DNA from: Mobula hypostoma
Lineage: Eukaryota
Assembly (NCBI RefSeq): GCF_963921235.1
Contig: NC_086108.1
Location: forward strand, 103,046,001-103,110,000
DNA: 64,000 nucleotides
Direction: 5' to 3'
Part shown: piece after piece, positions 26,143 through 39,364 of the stretch
How the letters are laid out: each line of letters opens with the position of its first letter
Position numbering within the stretch: the first letter of the stretch is position 1
Position numbers and translations under genes: made by a program
Notes under the pieces: generated by a model
The model's database searches: none
Told to the model about the DNA's origin: nothing
Seen by the model: only the letters and a program-made list of their open reading frames with translations

Positions 26143-27955
26143 AGCAACACACACAAAATGCTGGAGGAACTCAGCAGGCCAGGCAAAGAATAAATAGTCG
26201 ACATTTTGGGTTGAGAACCTTCAACAGGACTGGAGAAAATAGATGAGAAATCAGATTAAGAAGGTGGGGCAAGGGGAGGAAGAACTACAAGGTCGTAAGT
26301 GATAGGTGAAACTGGGAGGGGGAGGGGTGAAGTAAAGAACTGGGAAGTCAATTGGTGAAAGAGATAAAGGGCTGGAGAAGGGGGAATCTGATAGGACCGG
26401 AGGTGGGTGATGGGCAGGTAAGGAGATAAGGTGAGAGAGAGAAATGGGAATAGGGGAATGGTGATTGGGGGGGGGCGCGGGGAGGAGCCATTACAGGAAG
26501 TTCAAGAAGTCAATGTTCATGCCATCAGGTTAGAGGCTACCCAGACGGAATATAAGGTTTTGCTCCTCCAACCTGAGTGTGGCCTCGTCGCGGCAGTAGA
26601 GGAGGCCATGGACTGACATATCGGAATGGAAATGGAAAGTAGAATTAAAATGGGTGGCCACTGGGAGATCCTGCTTATTCCGACAGATGGAGCATAGGTA
26701 CTCTGTGAAGCGGTCTCCCAATCTACGTCGGGCCTCACTGATATACAGGAGGCCACACCAGGATACATTGGATACAGTAGGTGACCCAACCGATTCACAG
26801 GTGAAGCGTCAACAGGGAGGAGGTGTAGGGGCAGGTGTGGCACTTGTTCCGCTTGCAAGGCTAAGTACTAGGAGGGAGATCAGTGGGGAAGGACGAATAG
26901 ACAAGGGAGTCACTTAAGGAGCAACCCCTGTGGAAAGCAGAAGGTTGGGGGGGGGGGAGGGAAAGATGTGCTTGGTGGTGGAATCCCATTGGAGATGGCA
27001 GAAGATATGGAGAATTATGTGCTGGAAGTGGAGGCTGGTGAGGTGATAGGTGAGGACAAGAGGAACCCTATCCCTGGTGGGGTAGTGGGACGATGGGATG
27101 AGGGCAAACATGCAAGAAATGGAAGCGATTTTAACTCTCATATGGCTAGGAGGGCGCTTTTGTTTAAATGGAAGGATGCTGTTCCGCCTAATCATGCTCA
27201 GTGGTTAGGGGATGTTATGGCATGCCTAAATTTAGAAAAGATTCGTTGTTCAATTTCTGAATCTAAACAAGATTTTCAAAATTTGTGGGGGCCATTTTTA
27301 AATTATTTTCATAATCTTTTACTTCTCGTTAAAGTACAGAAAATGGTTAATAGCACATTTTATTATCTGATAAGCTTTTCTTTTTTTTTCCCAAACAGTT
27401 TCAACTTTGGTAGTGAGTGTAGATCTTTTCTTTTTATAAAATTGTTTATATTCTAATATACGTATTAATCTAATCTATATGAATATAGAGTAAGGAGTTC
27501 GTTAATGCGATTCAATATACTGTATTCTTTTGTTTTATAATATGTATTCTCTTGGACTCTGTATTCTTCTATATAGAAAATATTGAAAAAGCAAAAGGAA
27601 TGGAAGGGATGTGGGTGAGGGAAGCATTGAAGGTGGTGGAAGGGAAGCCCCTTTCTTTGAAAAAGGAGGACACCTCCTTAGTTCGGGAATGAAAAGCCTC
27701 AACCTGAGAACAGACATGGCAGAGACGGAGGAACTGAGAGGATGGCGTTTTTACAAGTACTGTAACGGGGTGGGAAGAGATATTGTTCAGGTCGCTGTGA
27801 GAATCAGTGGGTCGATAAAGGATATCAGTAGGTAAGCTGTCTCCAGGGATAGATAGATGGAGAGAGAGAGAGATCAAGAAAGGGGAAGGAGGTGCTGGAA
27901 ATGCACCAGACAAATTTGAGGCACTCCAGCATCTGCAGATTTTCTCTTGCTTCTG
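26143..27955 (-). mobile_element. Decayed Penelope-like element interrupted by an L1 fragment
   Basis: SQFLRL..CSQ.EAFHSRT, RVPLVLTYH, QDLPVATHFNS on the minus strand. Confidence 0.85.
27126..27594 (+). mobile_element. L1-clade LINE 3' end (ORF2 C-terminus and AT-rich UTR)
   Basis: ARRALLFKWKDAVPP..QW....LNLEKIR....LWGPFL resembles fish L1 ORF2 ends; 12-bp TSD aagaaatggaag / aaggaatggaag. Confidence 0.75.
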
Positions 27956-28419
27956 TCTGAGATATTCTGCTGAACTAATCACTCTAATGGTTCCTGATTA
28001 CACTAATCCCTTCTGTCTGCACATGGCCCATGCTGTACCCATTCATTCTCTGCACATTCATCTAAAGAGTTAAAGATTAGCTTTTCTCGTCACTGCATTA
28101 GCATTTTATATTTCAGTAATATTTAAGAGATTGTGCTGTTTGAACATACTGGTTGATTAAGCATTCTTGTTCATTTAAAATAATTAATTATGGGTTATAT
28201 GTACAAATACGTGAATTGCCTACATCTTCATGCCACCGCAAGGTACGTGCACACCTCGCTTACAGTAAACTTGAAGTTAGACCTGCATTCCCAGACTCCC
28301 ATGTCTTCCTTCAAATTAGTTTAATGTTTTGAAGTTACAAAAATAACTGTCACATGTACATCAAATTATACAGTGAAAAGTGTGCCACACACTCAAAATG
28401 CTGGAGGAACTCGGCAGGT

Positions 28420-30100
28420 GGTCAAGAGTCACTTGGCATTAAAGATGAGGCAGTAAACTGGATTAGATATTGGCTTCACAGGAGAAGCTGGAGAGTGGTA
28501 GTAGCGGGGTTGCCTCCGAGACTGGAGGCCTTGTGACTAACGATGTGCCACAGGGATTGGTGTTATGTCCGTTATTGTTTGTTGTACCTATCAATGATCT
28601 GGATGATAATGTGGTAAACTAGATCAGCAGATTTGCAAACGACACCAAGATTATGGGTGTAGTGAACAGCAAAGAACACTATGAAAGCTTGTAGTGGGAT
28701 CTGGAGAAGTAGGCTGAAAAATGGCAGATGGAATTTAATGCAGACAAGTGTGAGGTGTTGCACTTTTGAAGGCCCATCCAAGGTAGGTCTTACATGATGA
28801 TCGGTAGGGCACTGCGGAGTGCTGTAGAACAGAGGGATCCGAGAATATAGATCTATAATTCCTTGAAAGTGGTTTCATATGTAGGTAGGGTCATAAAGAA
28901 AGCTTTTGGCACATTAACCTTCAGAAATCAATGCACTCAAATTTGAAAGTCTAAGATCTCGGGGCTCTGGAGACGGCGGATCGAGCGTCAGTGTCAGGGC
29001 AGGAGACTCGTGTGTCGTCGGGGAGGCCAGAAAATCTTTTGCTGGGGGCCCGAAGACCTGAAGTCTTTGTGATTTTCAGGCAAAGAGCTCGTAAAAAGCG
29101 ACAAAACTGACTTTTTAGCATCATAAACCAGCGGGTTGTTGTTAAGTCTCCCACTCGCTGTGAAAATGGGGGACACCTCCCTCTCCCTCATTAGGGAGAG
29201 AGAGAACCTGTGGTTTGTCGAATGCTGGATGAATTGCGATAGTCTTTGGGGTAACTGCAAAGTCTGTGTCTTTGCCATCACCTAGCTCATGCTTGTGCTC
29301 GGTGGTGGGCACGTTTTTTTGCTGGGCGGGTAGGAGGGATCGTTGCTTGCTGCTGCTTATGCGAGATGGGGGAGCCGGGGGGGGGACTTTGGTGTACTCA
29401 CGCTTAACTGTCGTTCATTCTTTAGGGCACTTCTCTGTTTTTGTGGATGTGAAGAAAAAGCATTTCAGGATGTATATTGTATACATTTCTCTGACATTAA
29501 ATTGGACCTTTGAACCTTTGAACTGAGTACAGGAGTTGGGATATTATGTTAAAAAATGTATAAGATGTTGGTGAGGCCTAATTTGGAGTATGTGTCCAGT
29601 TTTGGTTACCTACCTACAGGAAAGATGTAATAAGATTGAAGGACATTTTCAAGGATGTTGCTGGGACTCGAGGACAGGAGTGACAGGGAAAGGGTGAGTA
29701 GGTTAGGACTTTGTTCCCTAGAATATAGAAGGTTGAGGTGAGATTTGATAGCGGTATACAGAATTATGAGGGGTATTGATGAGATAAATGCAAGCAGGCT
29801 TTTTCCACTGAGGTTGGGTGGGGCATGGGTTAAAGGTGAAAGGTAAAAGGTTTAAGGGGAATATGGGGGGTATTTCTTCACTCAGAGGGTGGTGAGAGTG
29901 TGAAACCAGCTGCCAGCATAAATGGTGGATGTCGGTTTGATTTTAACATTGAAGAGGAGTTTGGATAGGTACCTGGATGGCAGGGGCATGAAGGGCTATG
30001 ATCCAGTGTAAGTCAATGGACTAGGCAAATTAATGGTTCGACTAGATGGACCAAAGGGCCTGTTTCTGTGCTGTAGTGTTCTATGAATCTATGACTCTAT
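28420..30100 (+). mobile_element. Decayed CR1 with an unrelated insert of about 590 bp (28937-29525, (tttgaacc)n tail)
   Basis: CR1 RT sequence breaks at aatcaatgcact and resumes at gagtacagg. Confidence 0.75.
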
Positions 30101-30242
30101 AACAGATGATCTCACCTGGTCCCTCAACACTACGTATCTGGTTAAGAAAGCACAGCAGCATTTCCACTTCCTTAGGAGACTGAGGTAAGTGAGGGTCCCC
30201 AGCAACACCCCCCCTCACCCACACCATTCTAACCATTTGATA

Positions 30243-30550
30243 AAGGCATCTGTTAGTCTTGCGAGACCATGGATCTGCGTTGGAAAGTCTTCACGCTCCA
30301 GGGCGCAGGCCTGGGCAAGGCTGTATGGAAGACCAGCAGTTGCCCATGCTGCAAGTCTCCCCTTGCCACGACACTGATGTTGTCCAAGGGAAGGGCATTA
30401 GGACCCATATAGCTTGGCACCAGTGTCATCGCAGAGCAATGTGTGATTAAGTGCCTTGCTCAAGGACACAACACGTTGCCTTGGCTGGGGCTCGAACTCA
30501 CGACCTTCAGTTCGCTAGTCGAATGCCTTAACTACTTGGCCATGTGCCCA
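30243..30550 (-). mobile_element. tRNA-derived CORE-like SINE inserted in a Rex-type fragment (about 30100-30880)
   Basis: Minus strand: tggccaagtagttaagg (A box), gagttcgagccc (B box), tgtgtccttgagcaaggcacttaa (CORE-like); TSD ctaaccat(t/c)tgata. Confidence 0.78.
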
Positions 30551-33500
30551 CTAACCATCTGATACAAGAGCACCATTGAGAGTGTCCTGACCAGCTGCAT
30601 CACCATCTGTTATGGGGATTGCAAGGCATCTGACCCCAAGTCCCTACAAAGGGCAGTGGGAACTGCTGAAAGAATCAAAAGGGTCTCTCTTCCATCCATT
30701 ACAGATATTTATTAGGAGCACTGTATACCTAGGGCCCTTGGCATTGTCAGTGATCCCTCCCATCTGAACCACAATCTCCTTGACCCTACCATCAGGCAAA
30801 AGGACCTGTAGAATTAGGATAAGGAGTGTTAGGATGGGAAACAACTTCTTCCTCCAGGCTGTAGGACAACTGAACTCCCCGTCACCTCTCAGCTCTCATC
30901 ACATATGAAATGCTAGTAGCATTACACTAGTTACTATTTAACTTATATCATAATACACCTTATTATTTGTTAGTTTATTTGTGGTAATATTACTTTATGT
31001 GTGGTGTGTGAGTTAAGTGCACTGTGTTGTGCACCTTGGTCCAGAGGAACATTGTTTCATTTCACGTTATATATGTGTAGGGCTGAATGACAATAAATTG
31101 AACTTCCACTTGAACACAAATAGAAAAAGCGGTAAGGGGGAGGGAAGGGAAATTATTGGAAGTTAGAGAAATCAATGTGCTCACTCAGTTGTCTTTCTAT
31201 TCCTCCCAAAAATGTATAGATTTCTATCAGGTCTCCCCTCTGCCTTTGCTTCGTGTTTTGGTTCTTTACAAATCCGCCACTATTATCCACCAACAACCTT
31301 TCTTAATTCTTGAATTACCACCTCCTCTCCAAACTCCTTAAATGCAATGCAGCAAAACACAGTCTGCAGGAGGAGCCCTCAAGAGGAATTGTTGACATTT
31401 TGGGCTGAAACCCTAAATCAGACCCCGATTCCAGGATTTGCGGTCTCTAGCCTCTCATTGAATGTACTGTTGGATTCAACACCACAGTGATTAAATTACT
31501 GTCCAGAGACAAAACGACACACACAAAACGCTGGAGGAACCTGGCAAGTCAGGCAACGTCTGTGGAGGGAACAACAGTTCAGTCCTGATGAAGGACCCTG
31601 GTGATTCACGGAAACGTTTCTACGAAGGGCAAGTAGTGTGGCAGGATCAGAATCCGAATCAGGTTTATTATCACTGATATATGAAATTCGTTGTTTTGCA
31701 GCAGTAGTACCATGCAAGATATAAAAATTACTGTAAGTTATAAAAAAATAGTGTAAAAGAGGAGTACCGAGGTGGGTTCATGGACTGTTTGGAAATCTGA
31801 TGGCAGAGGGAAAGGAGCTATTCCTAAAACATTGAATGCTATATCCTCAGGCTCCTGTACCTCCTCCCAGATGGTGGTAATGAGAAGAGGGCATGTCCCG
31901 TCTGGTGAGGATCTTTAACAATGGATACCACATTCTTGAGGCACTGCCTTTTGAAGGTGCTCTCAATCATGGGGAGAGTTGTGCCTGTGATTGTGCTGGC
32001 TGTACTCCACCATCAAAACTGGACAACTAGATAGTTCCTCCAACACAATCCCAAGAAGATAACAGAGTGCCAGCACAAGGCACACTTGGCAACATCCACT
32101 GTTATGACTGCACACCTTAAAACCAATTTAACCAATTTCCCTCGGGATCAATAAAGTATGACTATGAATATGACTATGATGACTATGACTATTGTATCCA
32201 CCATCAGGTAGGACGTACGGAAGCCAAGATTCAGATGCAAGATCAGCTTATTCCCTTCAGCTAGCCCTTGAATCAACCAGCAAAATCCTAATCACTACAA
32301 TTCAGCAACACTATGACAACTGTGATCACTTTGCACTAAAATGGTACATTTTTCTACTGTCTTTCCTTTAAAGATTGTGTATAATTTATGTTCTTCTTCT
32401 GAATGATCCTTATATGATGCTATGTGTCTGATATGCTGTTGCAAGAAAGTTTTTCCCTTGCACCTGTGTGTACGTGTTCTGCACACAACAGACTCATTTT
32501 TGACTTTGACTTCCAATTCTTTTAATACCTAAAGTATCTTTTTGTTTCATATATCCAGTAACAGCCTCCACAGCCCTCTTGGGTAGAGAATTCAAAAGCT
32601 TCACATTATTGGAGATTAAGACATTTCTCTTGATCTCAATCCTGCACAGGGACTCCTGGACTAGACAGCTCTGAACCTAACCAAGGGAAATATCGGTGAG
32701 ACACAAGAGGTTGCGGATGCTGCAATCTGGAGCAACACACAAACCGGTGGTGGAATGTGAAGTGTTGAATAGCACTTGCAGAGCAGAAGGAACCGTCAGT
32801 GATTTTAGTCAAGACTCTGCATCAGGTCTAAGTGACTCAGCAGTTCCTCTCCTTCCCACAGAGGCCGATTAACCTGCTGAGCTTTTCTTGCTGAAAGGAA
32901 GTAACAACTGCACAATGCAGCTCCATGTGGTTTTTCAATTATCTGGGCACTGAGCTCTGTAATTCCCCTTCTTTAACTCCCCACATTCTTTCTTCTTTTA
33001 ACACATTTCTTAAAAACTATCCTGATGAACGGTCTCGGCACGATGAGGCAATTATTTATTTCTCTCATAGATGCTCCCGACCGGCTGAGTTCCTCCAGCA
33101 TTTTGTGTGTGTTGCTTTTAAAAACTACCTCTGTGACCAAGAGTTCAGCCATTTGCTTCAATGTCTCCTTTTGTAGCTCAGCATCACATTTTGTTTGCTC
33201 GCTCTCTCAGAAAGCACCTTTGCAATGTCTAATGACATTAAGGAATGCTTTGATAAACTGCCGTACAGTTCGCTATGGCCTTGGTGTCAGCTGTTGTTCA
33301 CTGGCATGACTCATCCCTGTGCAGGAAGATTGAAGGTGCGAAGCGTTCTAACAACTATATGTCTGCTAGTCTTTATATCCTGTCTTTATATGTCTGTAGA
33401 AAAGGTACATTAAAGAAAAGGTTTCAATTTATACAGTCTTTAATACTGCCAAGATGTCCAACAGTGCTCACAGCCGAGGCAGAAAATATAGTTCACAGTT

Positions 33501-34000
33501 CACTGCTCCAGCAACCTACATTTCTTCTCAAGTTCTGATGCTGTCAGTGTGGAAATTGTACGTTCTCTCTGTGACTACACGGGTGTCCAGTTCCTTCTCA
33601 CATCCCAAATGCAAATCAGCATAGAAAGTAAAGGTAAAGATTAGCTATATTTGTCACAGGTACATCAGAACATTTGCAAATCAAATCAATGAGGATTGTG
33701 CTGGGCAGTCCGTAAGTGTTGCCATGTGTCCAGCACAAAATAACACACTCAAGTGTTTGGAATGTGAGAGCAAACTCACTGGGAGAATTTACAAACTTTT
33801 TACAGGTAGTGGTGAGAATTGAACACCGCTTAATGATCAACTGAAAGTGATGACAGTGTCATGCTTCCCCATGTGGCAGGAGTAGAGGTAAACGATGAGT
33901 AGGGTGGGTGGGGGAACAAGACTGATGGGTTTACTCTGGTCGGAGCCAACACGAACCATAGGCTGAATAGCCTCCTATGTTGAAATAAGTTAAGGCATAA

Positions 34001-34217
34001 GCAACACTCACAATACGCTGGAGGAACTCAGCAGGTCGGGCAGCATCCGTGGAAAAGATCGGTCGACGTTTCGGGCCAGAACCCTTCGTCAGGACAGGAC
34101 AGGTTCCGGCCCGAAACGTTGACCGATCTTTCCCACGGATGCTGCCCGACCTGCTGAGTTCCTCCACCGTGTTGTGAGTGTTGCTTTGACCCCAGCATCT
34201 GCAGATTATTTTGTGTT
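34001..34217 (+). mobile_element. Fold-back PLE-tail mini-element (second subfamily), 15-bp TSD TAAGTTAAGGCATAA
   Basis: About 83-bp inverted arms; hammerhead on the minus strand at 34062-34095; TSD 33986-34000 / 34218-34232. Confidence 0.88.
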
Positions 34218-35539
34218 TAAGTTAAGGCATAATGCTGATGCTTTAATGTAGGCACCATTATTCTCAATTTGAAGAGCTTCCGTGAAAAATATGACTCCAT
34301 TGCTAGAAAACGTTTTGCTAATCTCGACGAATGTTGGTCAGGAGTCAAGACATAGGAGCAGAATTAGGCCACTCGACCCATCTATTCTGCTCTGCCATTT
34401 CATCACGACAGGTTGAATTGCGTACGTCTGCACATTGCCGGGAGCCTGTACCATTGATTGCCAGACATTGTTGCTCATGGTCTTGGACTGTAAGTGTGTA
34501 TATACACAATACAAAAAAATGTGTGTGCATATTTTTTTGAGTGAAAATGCTTCTTTGCTCACTATTTCGAAAGTTACTCGGTGTTTTAAAATATTTGCCT
34601 GCTATTTTGAATGTCTTGCACCTTGGTCTCAGAGGAACGCTGTCTTGTTCAGCTGTATCTATGTATGGTTTGAATGATAATTAAACTTGATTTGATCATG
34701 GCTGATCCACTTCCATCTCAACCCCTTTCTCTGACATTGCTTCTCAGCTTCTGGTACAGCACTGTCAGTGTGGAAATTGCATGTTCTCCCTGTAACTGAG
34801 TGGGTGCTCCAGTTCCTTCTCACATCCCAAATAGTGACGGCAAATTGGCAAGATAAGGATCGAGGGGGAGTTGATGGGCGAGTAAAGGATGACATGTTCC
34901 CTTGCAGGCAAACAGCCTTAACTTTCAGTTTATTGGTGACCTCCGGCAAAGCCCCACTGAGGGCTGCATTGGGAGTGGCAACCTCGCTCAGGACCCTCGA
35001 CCCTAATTCACAAACTCATGAATCAGGAGATTCCAGGAGAGTTACCAGTTTATTGGAGGGCTGCAAATGTTATTCCTTTATTCAAGAAAGTGAGTAGGGA
35101 TAATCATAGAAATTATAGACCAGTGAGGCTTACTTTGGGTAAATTATTGGAGAAGATTTTTGGAGAGAGGATCTATAGGCATTTGGAGAAGCATAGTCTG
35201 ATTACCGACAGTTAGCATAGCTTTGTCAGGTGCAGGTCAGGCCTCACAACCACACTTGGGAATATTGTGCTCCGTTCTGATTGCCTCATTATCAGAAGGA
35301 TGCGGAAGCTTTAGAGGGGGTGCAGGGGAGATTTACCAGGATGCTGCCTGGAGTAGAGAGCATGTCTTATGGGGAGAGGTTGAGCAAACTACGGCTTTTT
35401 GCTTTGCAGCAAAGGAGGATGAGAGGTGACTTAATAGACCTGTGTAAGATAAAAGAAGCATAGACAGAGTTAATAGCCAAAGACTTTTTTAAGGTGATTG
35501 GAGGAAAGTATAAAGGGGGTTTCAGAGAGAGGTATTTTA

Positions 35540-36036
35540 CAGTGCTATCATGTTTGCTGTTGTGTGCTGGGGCAGCAGGCTGAGGGTAGCAGACACTAAC
35601 AGGATCAACAAACTCATTTGTAAGGCCAGTGATGTTGTGGGGATGGAACTGGACTCTCTGACGGTGGTGTCTGAAAAGAGGATGCTGTCCAAGTTGCATG
35701 CCATCTTGGACAATGTCCCCCATCCACTACATAATGTACTGGGTGGCCACAGGAGTACATTCAGCCAGAGACTCATTCCACCGAGATGCAACACGGAGCG
35801 TCATAGGAAGTCATTCCTGCCTGTGGCCATAAAACTTTACAACTCCTCCCTTGGAGGGTCAGACACCCTGAGCCAATAGGCTGGTCCTGGACTTATTTCC
35901 TGGCATAATTTACATATTATTATTTAATTATTTGTGGTTTTATATTGCTATATTTATACCCTATTCTTGGTTGGTGCAACAGTAACAAAACCCAATTTCC
36001 CTCGGGATCAATAAAGTATGACTATGACTATGACTA
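35540..36036 (+). mobile_element. Rex1/Babar-like 3' end nested in a CR1 fragment (about 35020-36210)
   Basis: FAVVCWGS..HPLH..RHRKSFLPVAIKLYN; aataaag(tatgac)n tail, also seen at 32128-32190. Confidence 0.8.
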
Positions 36037-36209
36037 CATGCTGACGGGGTGGTGGTAGAGGCATTTAAGAAACTCTTAAATAGGTATATGGATGATAGAA
36101 AAATGGAGGTTTATGTAGGAGAGACGGGTTACATTGATCCTAGAGTCGGTTATAATGTCAGTACCTCTTGGGCTGAAGGGCCTCTACTGCGCGATCATGT
36201 TCTATGTTC

Positions 36210-36730
36210 TACACTCACTGGCCACATTATTAGATATACCTGCTTGTTAATACCAGTACCTAATCAGCTAATCATGTAGTAGCAACTCAGTGCATAAAAG
36301 CATGCAGACATGGCAAAAGATTCAGTTGTAGTTCAGACCAAACACCAGAATGGGGAAGAAATGCGATCTAAGTGCCTTTGACCGTGGAATGATTTTTGGT
36401 GTCAGATGGGTTTCTGAGTATCTCAGAAATGCTGATCTCCCGGGGTTTTCATGCACAGCCGTCTCTAGAGTTTACAGAGAATGGTGTGAAAAACAAAAAC
36501 AAAAAATCCATTGAGTGGCAGGTCAGTAGGCAAAAATACCTTGTTAATGAGAGGGGTCAGAGGAGAACGGCCAAACTGGTTCAAGCAGACAGGAAGGTGA
36601 CATTAACTCAAATAACTGCACGTTATAACAGTGGTGTGGAGAAGAGCAGCTCTGAATACACGTCATCCTTGAAGTTAATGGGCTACAGCAGCAGAAGACT
36701 ACTCTGGTTTCTACTCCTGTATCTAAGTGT
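36210..36730 (+). mobile_element. Tc1/mariner deletion derivative
   Basis: cactcactggccacattattag start; transposase remnant ERGQRRTAKLVQADRK. Confidence 0.72.
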
Positions 36731-37597
36731 ATGTTCTATGTCAACACCAAAACTGGAAATGTTGTCAGAATTACACAATATGAAGCTTCTATTGCCATGC
36801 TTAAAATGGCCATCAGTAACTGCTGACAGCAAGAGTGCCAGTGCTCACTGGGCACTGAACTGAAAGCTGAATGCCCTGACCCTAATTAAGGATTTACACT
36901 GCAGATGACAATTAACACGCTAAAAGAACACTCAATTATTGCTGATCCATAATACATGGAATAACGGGAAGATTACTGAGGGAAGAAGTCAAGACACGTC
37001 CTGAACCCAAACTCTGACTCGTCAATCACTCCTCGGGATTTACACAGTATTAGAAATGCAGCGCAGATGAAGTCTTCCTTCATCATACACGCTGCCAATG
37101 CATTGAGGAACCGCAGGCCCCCCAGCCAGGGGTCCCCTGTTTACTCAGGCATCTTAATATCTGAGGAGACCCTGAGAATTAATAACTTGACTGTTGAAAA
37201 CACAGGACAAGAAGGAAGAATATTGATCTTAAAACATCCCAAACTTAGTTAATCACCTTATGACAGCCAGCGGAAATCCACAGAAAAGCAATTTCCTTGA
37301 GAATCAAGAGTCAATCTTTCAAATAAGTAGCTATATTTATCTTCCATTTCAGCAGTTTTCTATATTAACAACCTCCCTTCACCCCACCACAGATCCTTCT
37401 TATGACTTATGATATTATTACATTTATTATTGTTATTATATTACATCATATTATATTGGGTGGTGGGGTAGAAATACGTCTCTACCAAAGGAAGTGTAAA
37501 ATACTCCTTCCCTCCACTGGCCCGCAGGTCACCTTTGGCCAAGGAATAGAACCTGTTTAGCTCCATCCCCCACCCACCACTCCCGATCAGGGTCACA

Positions 37598-37953
37598 ACC
37601 TTCCCTCCAGGAGAAGGCTCAGAAGCTTGAAGACTTGTACGGCCAGATTTGTGAACAGCTTCTTTCCAACTGTGGTAAGACTGCTGAACGGATCCTGACC
37701 TAGATCTGGGCCATACCCTCCAAATATCCGGACCGGCCTCTCCGTTTTTTTGCACTACCTTACTTCTCATTTTTCTATTTTCTATTTATGATTTATAATT
37801 TAAATTTTTAATATTTACTAATTTTAACTTTTTTAATATTTTTAATATTTAATATTTGTAATCCAGGGAGTGTGAAGCGCAGAATCAAATATCGCCATGA
37901 TGATTGTACGTTCTAGTACCAATTGTTTGGCGACAATAAAGTATAAAGTATAA
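37598..37953 (+). mobile_element. Rex1/Babar 3' end, same family as 23272-25228
   Basis: Close reverse-complement match to 23272-23595; (aaagtat)n tail. Confidence 0.82.
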
Positions 37954-38075
37954 AGAAGCCATGGGAGCAGGTGGCAGATGGTTGTATGATCCAGGCAGAC
38001 AACCTCTGAAAAGTACTGATAATGGCTTGTAAAGACACTGCCCAGAAGAAGGGAACGGCAAACCATGTCTGTAGA

Positions 38076-39364
38076 TGTCATATGGGGGCATTGGGAACAG
38101 ACCCAAATGCCAGACACAGACACTGAGGTACTAGGAACAGGACTAGGTTGATAGAGATACCAAGACGAGTAGGGAAGAAATGACGCTGGACATTGACACA
38201 GGCCCTGGACGAGACTAGGATTCAGGGCCTGGGCTAGGACTTGGACTAGAAACACGGGAACCTGGATGGGGAACTAGGAACAAGAAGCCTGGACTAGGAA
38301 CACGGAACTCCGGAACCAGAGCCTGGACAAGGACCCGGAACCTGGGTCTTGACTCAGAACCGGAACCTGGGTCTAGGTTAGGACTCGGGACTAGGATCTT
38401 GGCAAGGAGAGGACGAAGTACTCCAGCACAGTACGAGGTACCCAGCACAGGATGAGGAATCTCCAGCACCAGGCTAGGCGAGGAACACCTGGGCTGGGCA
38501 AGGCACCAGAACTAGATGAGGACATGAAGCTCAGATTTGGACAGGGCTGGAACACGGTGCCTGGACTTGGTCTTGGAACACAGGAACACAGAGCCTTGGA
38601 CGTGGACTCGACGCTCAGAGCCTTGGATGTGGACTGGACAAGGTACTCCAGGGCAGGACGTGGCTCTTGGACTAGGTTTGGTTAAGCTCTTGGGTACGGA
38701 GCCGGGACTCCTCCTTGGAGCGCAGGGCAAGGACCTTTTATAGGATGCAGGGCCAGGATGCTTTCTAGGACGCAGGATGACTGCCGAGGGAACTGCCGAG
38801 AGACTCCTGGACTGGATGAGGCACATGGACAGGACGAGAACACGAAGCCTTGACTTGGACAGGACTGAAACACAGCGCCTGGAACTTGGAACACAGAACA
38901 TAGAGCTGGGACCCCTCCTTGGGAACAGGACATAGGGCTGGGACTCGTACACGGAACACTGAGCCAGGACCCTTCCTTGGGAACAGGACATAGGGCCGGG
39001 ACTCTTCTAGACACGGAACACTAAACACGAGGACATAAAGAGACAGTTCCAAAGTCAATGACAGATTGCTCCTTATCTTGACTCAACAAGGCTCCAGTCT
39101 CTCTCCGGCAGGTTAACTTGACAGGGAATTCTGATGAAGTGGCAGACGAAGATAGCAGGCGAGGATTCAGAAGGAAGGGGAAGGGAACAGTCCAGCCAAC
39201 AACCCCTGGTTTGCAGAGGTATTTATATGCCAGTCTGAAATGAGAATCCAGTGCCTCAATTAAGGCACCCAACAGAACAAGGGAGAAAACAGGAAAACTC
39301 GGAACAAGGATCGATGGACTGGACTGTGAACCTGAATGCGGACTTCATGCACCGGACCATGACA
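38076..39364. mobile_element. Solo LTR or LTR-like element, 1289 bp, internally repetitive, 5-bp TSD GTAGA
   Basis: TGTCAT...ATGACA termini; GTAGA at 38071-38075 and 39365-39369. Confidence 0.8.

Noticed and set aside
30480..30550. tRNA-like sequence
   Set aside because: It is a SINE head with A/B boxes, followed by a CORE-like body and flanked by a TSD, not a tRNA gene.
38215..39058. Overlapping ORFs and a CRISPR-like look in the repetitive block
   Set aside because: Low-complexity degenerate repeats within an LTR-like element; no constant repeat with unique spacers; eukaryotic context.
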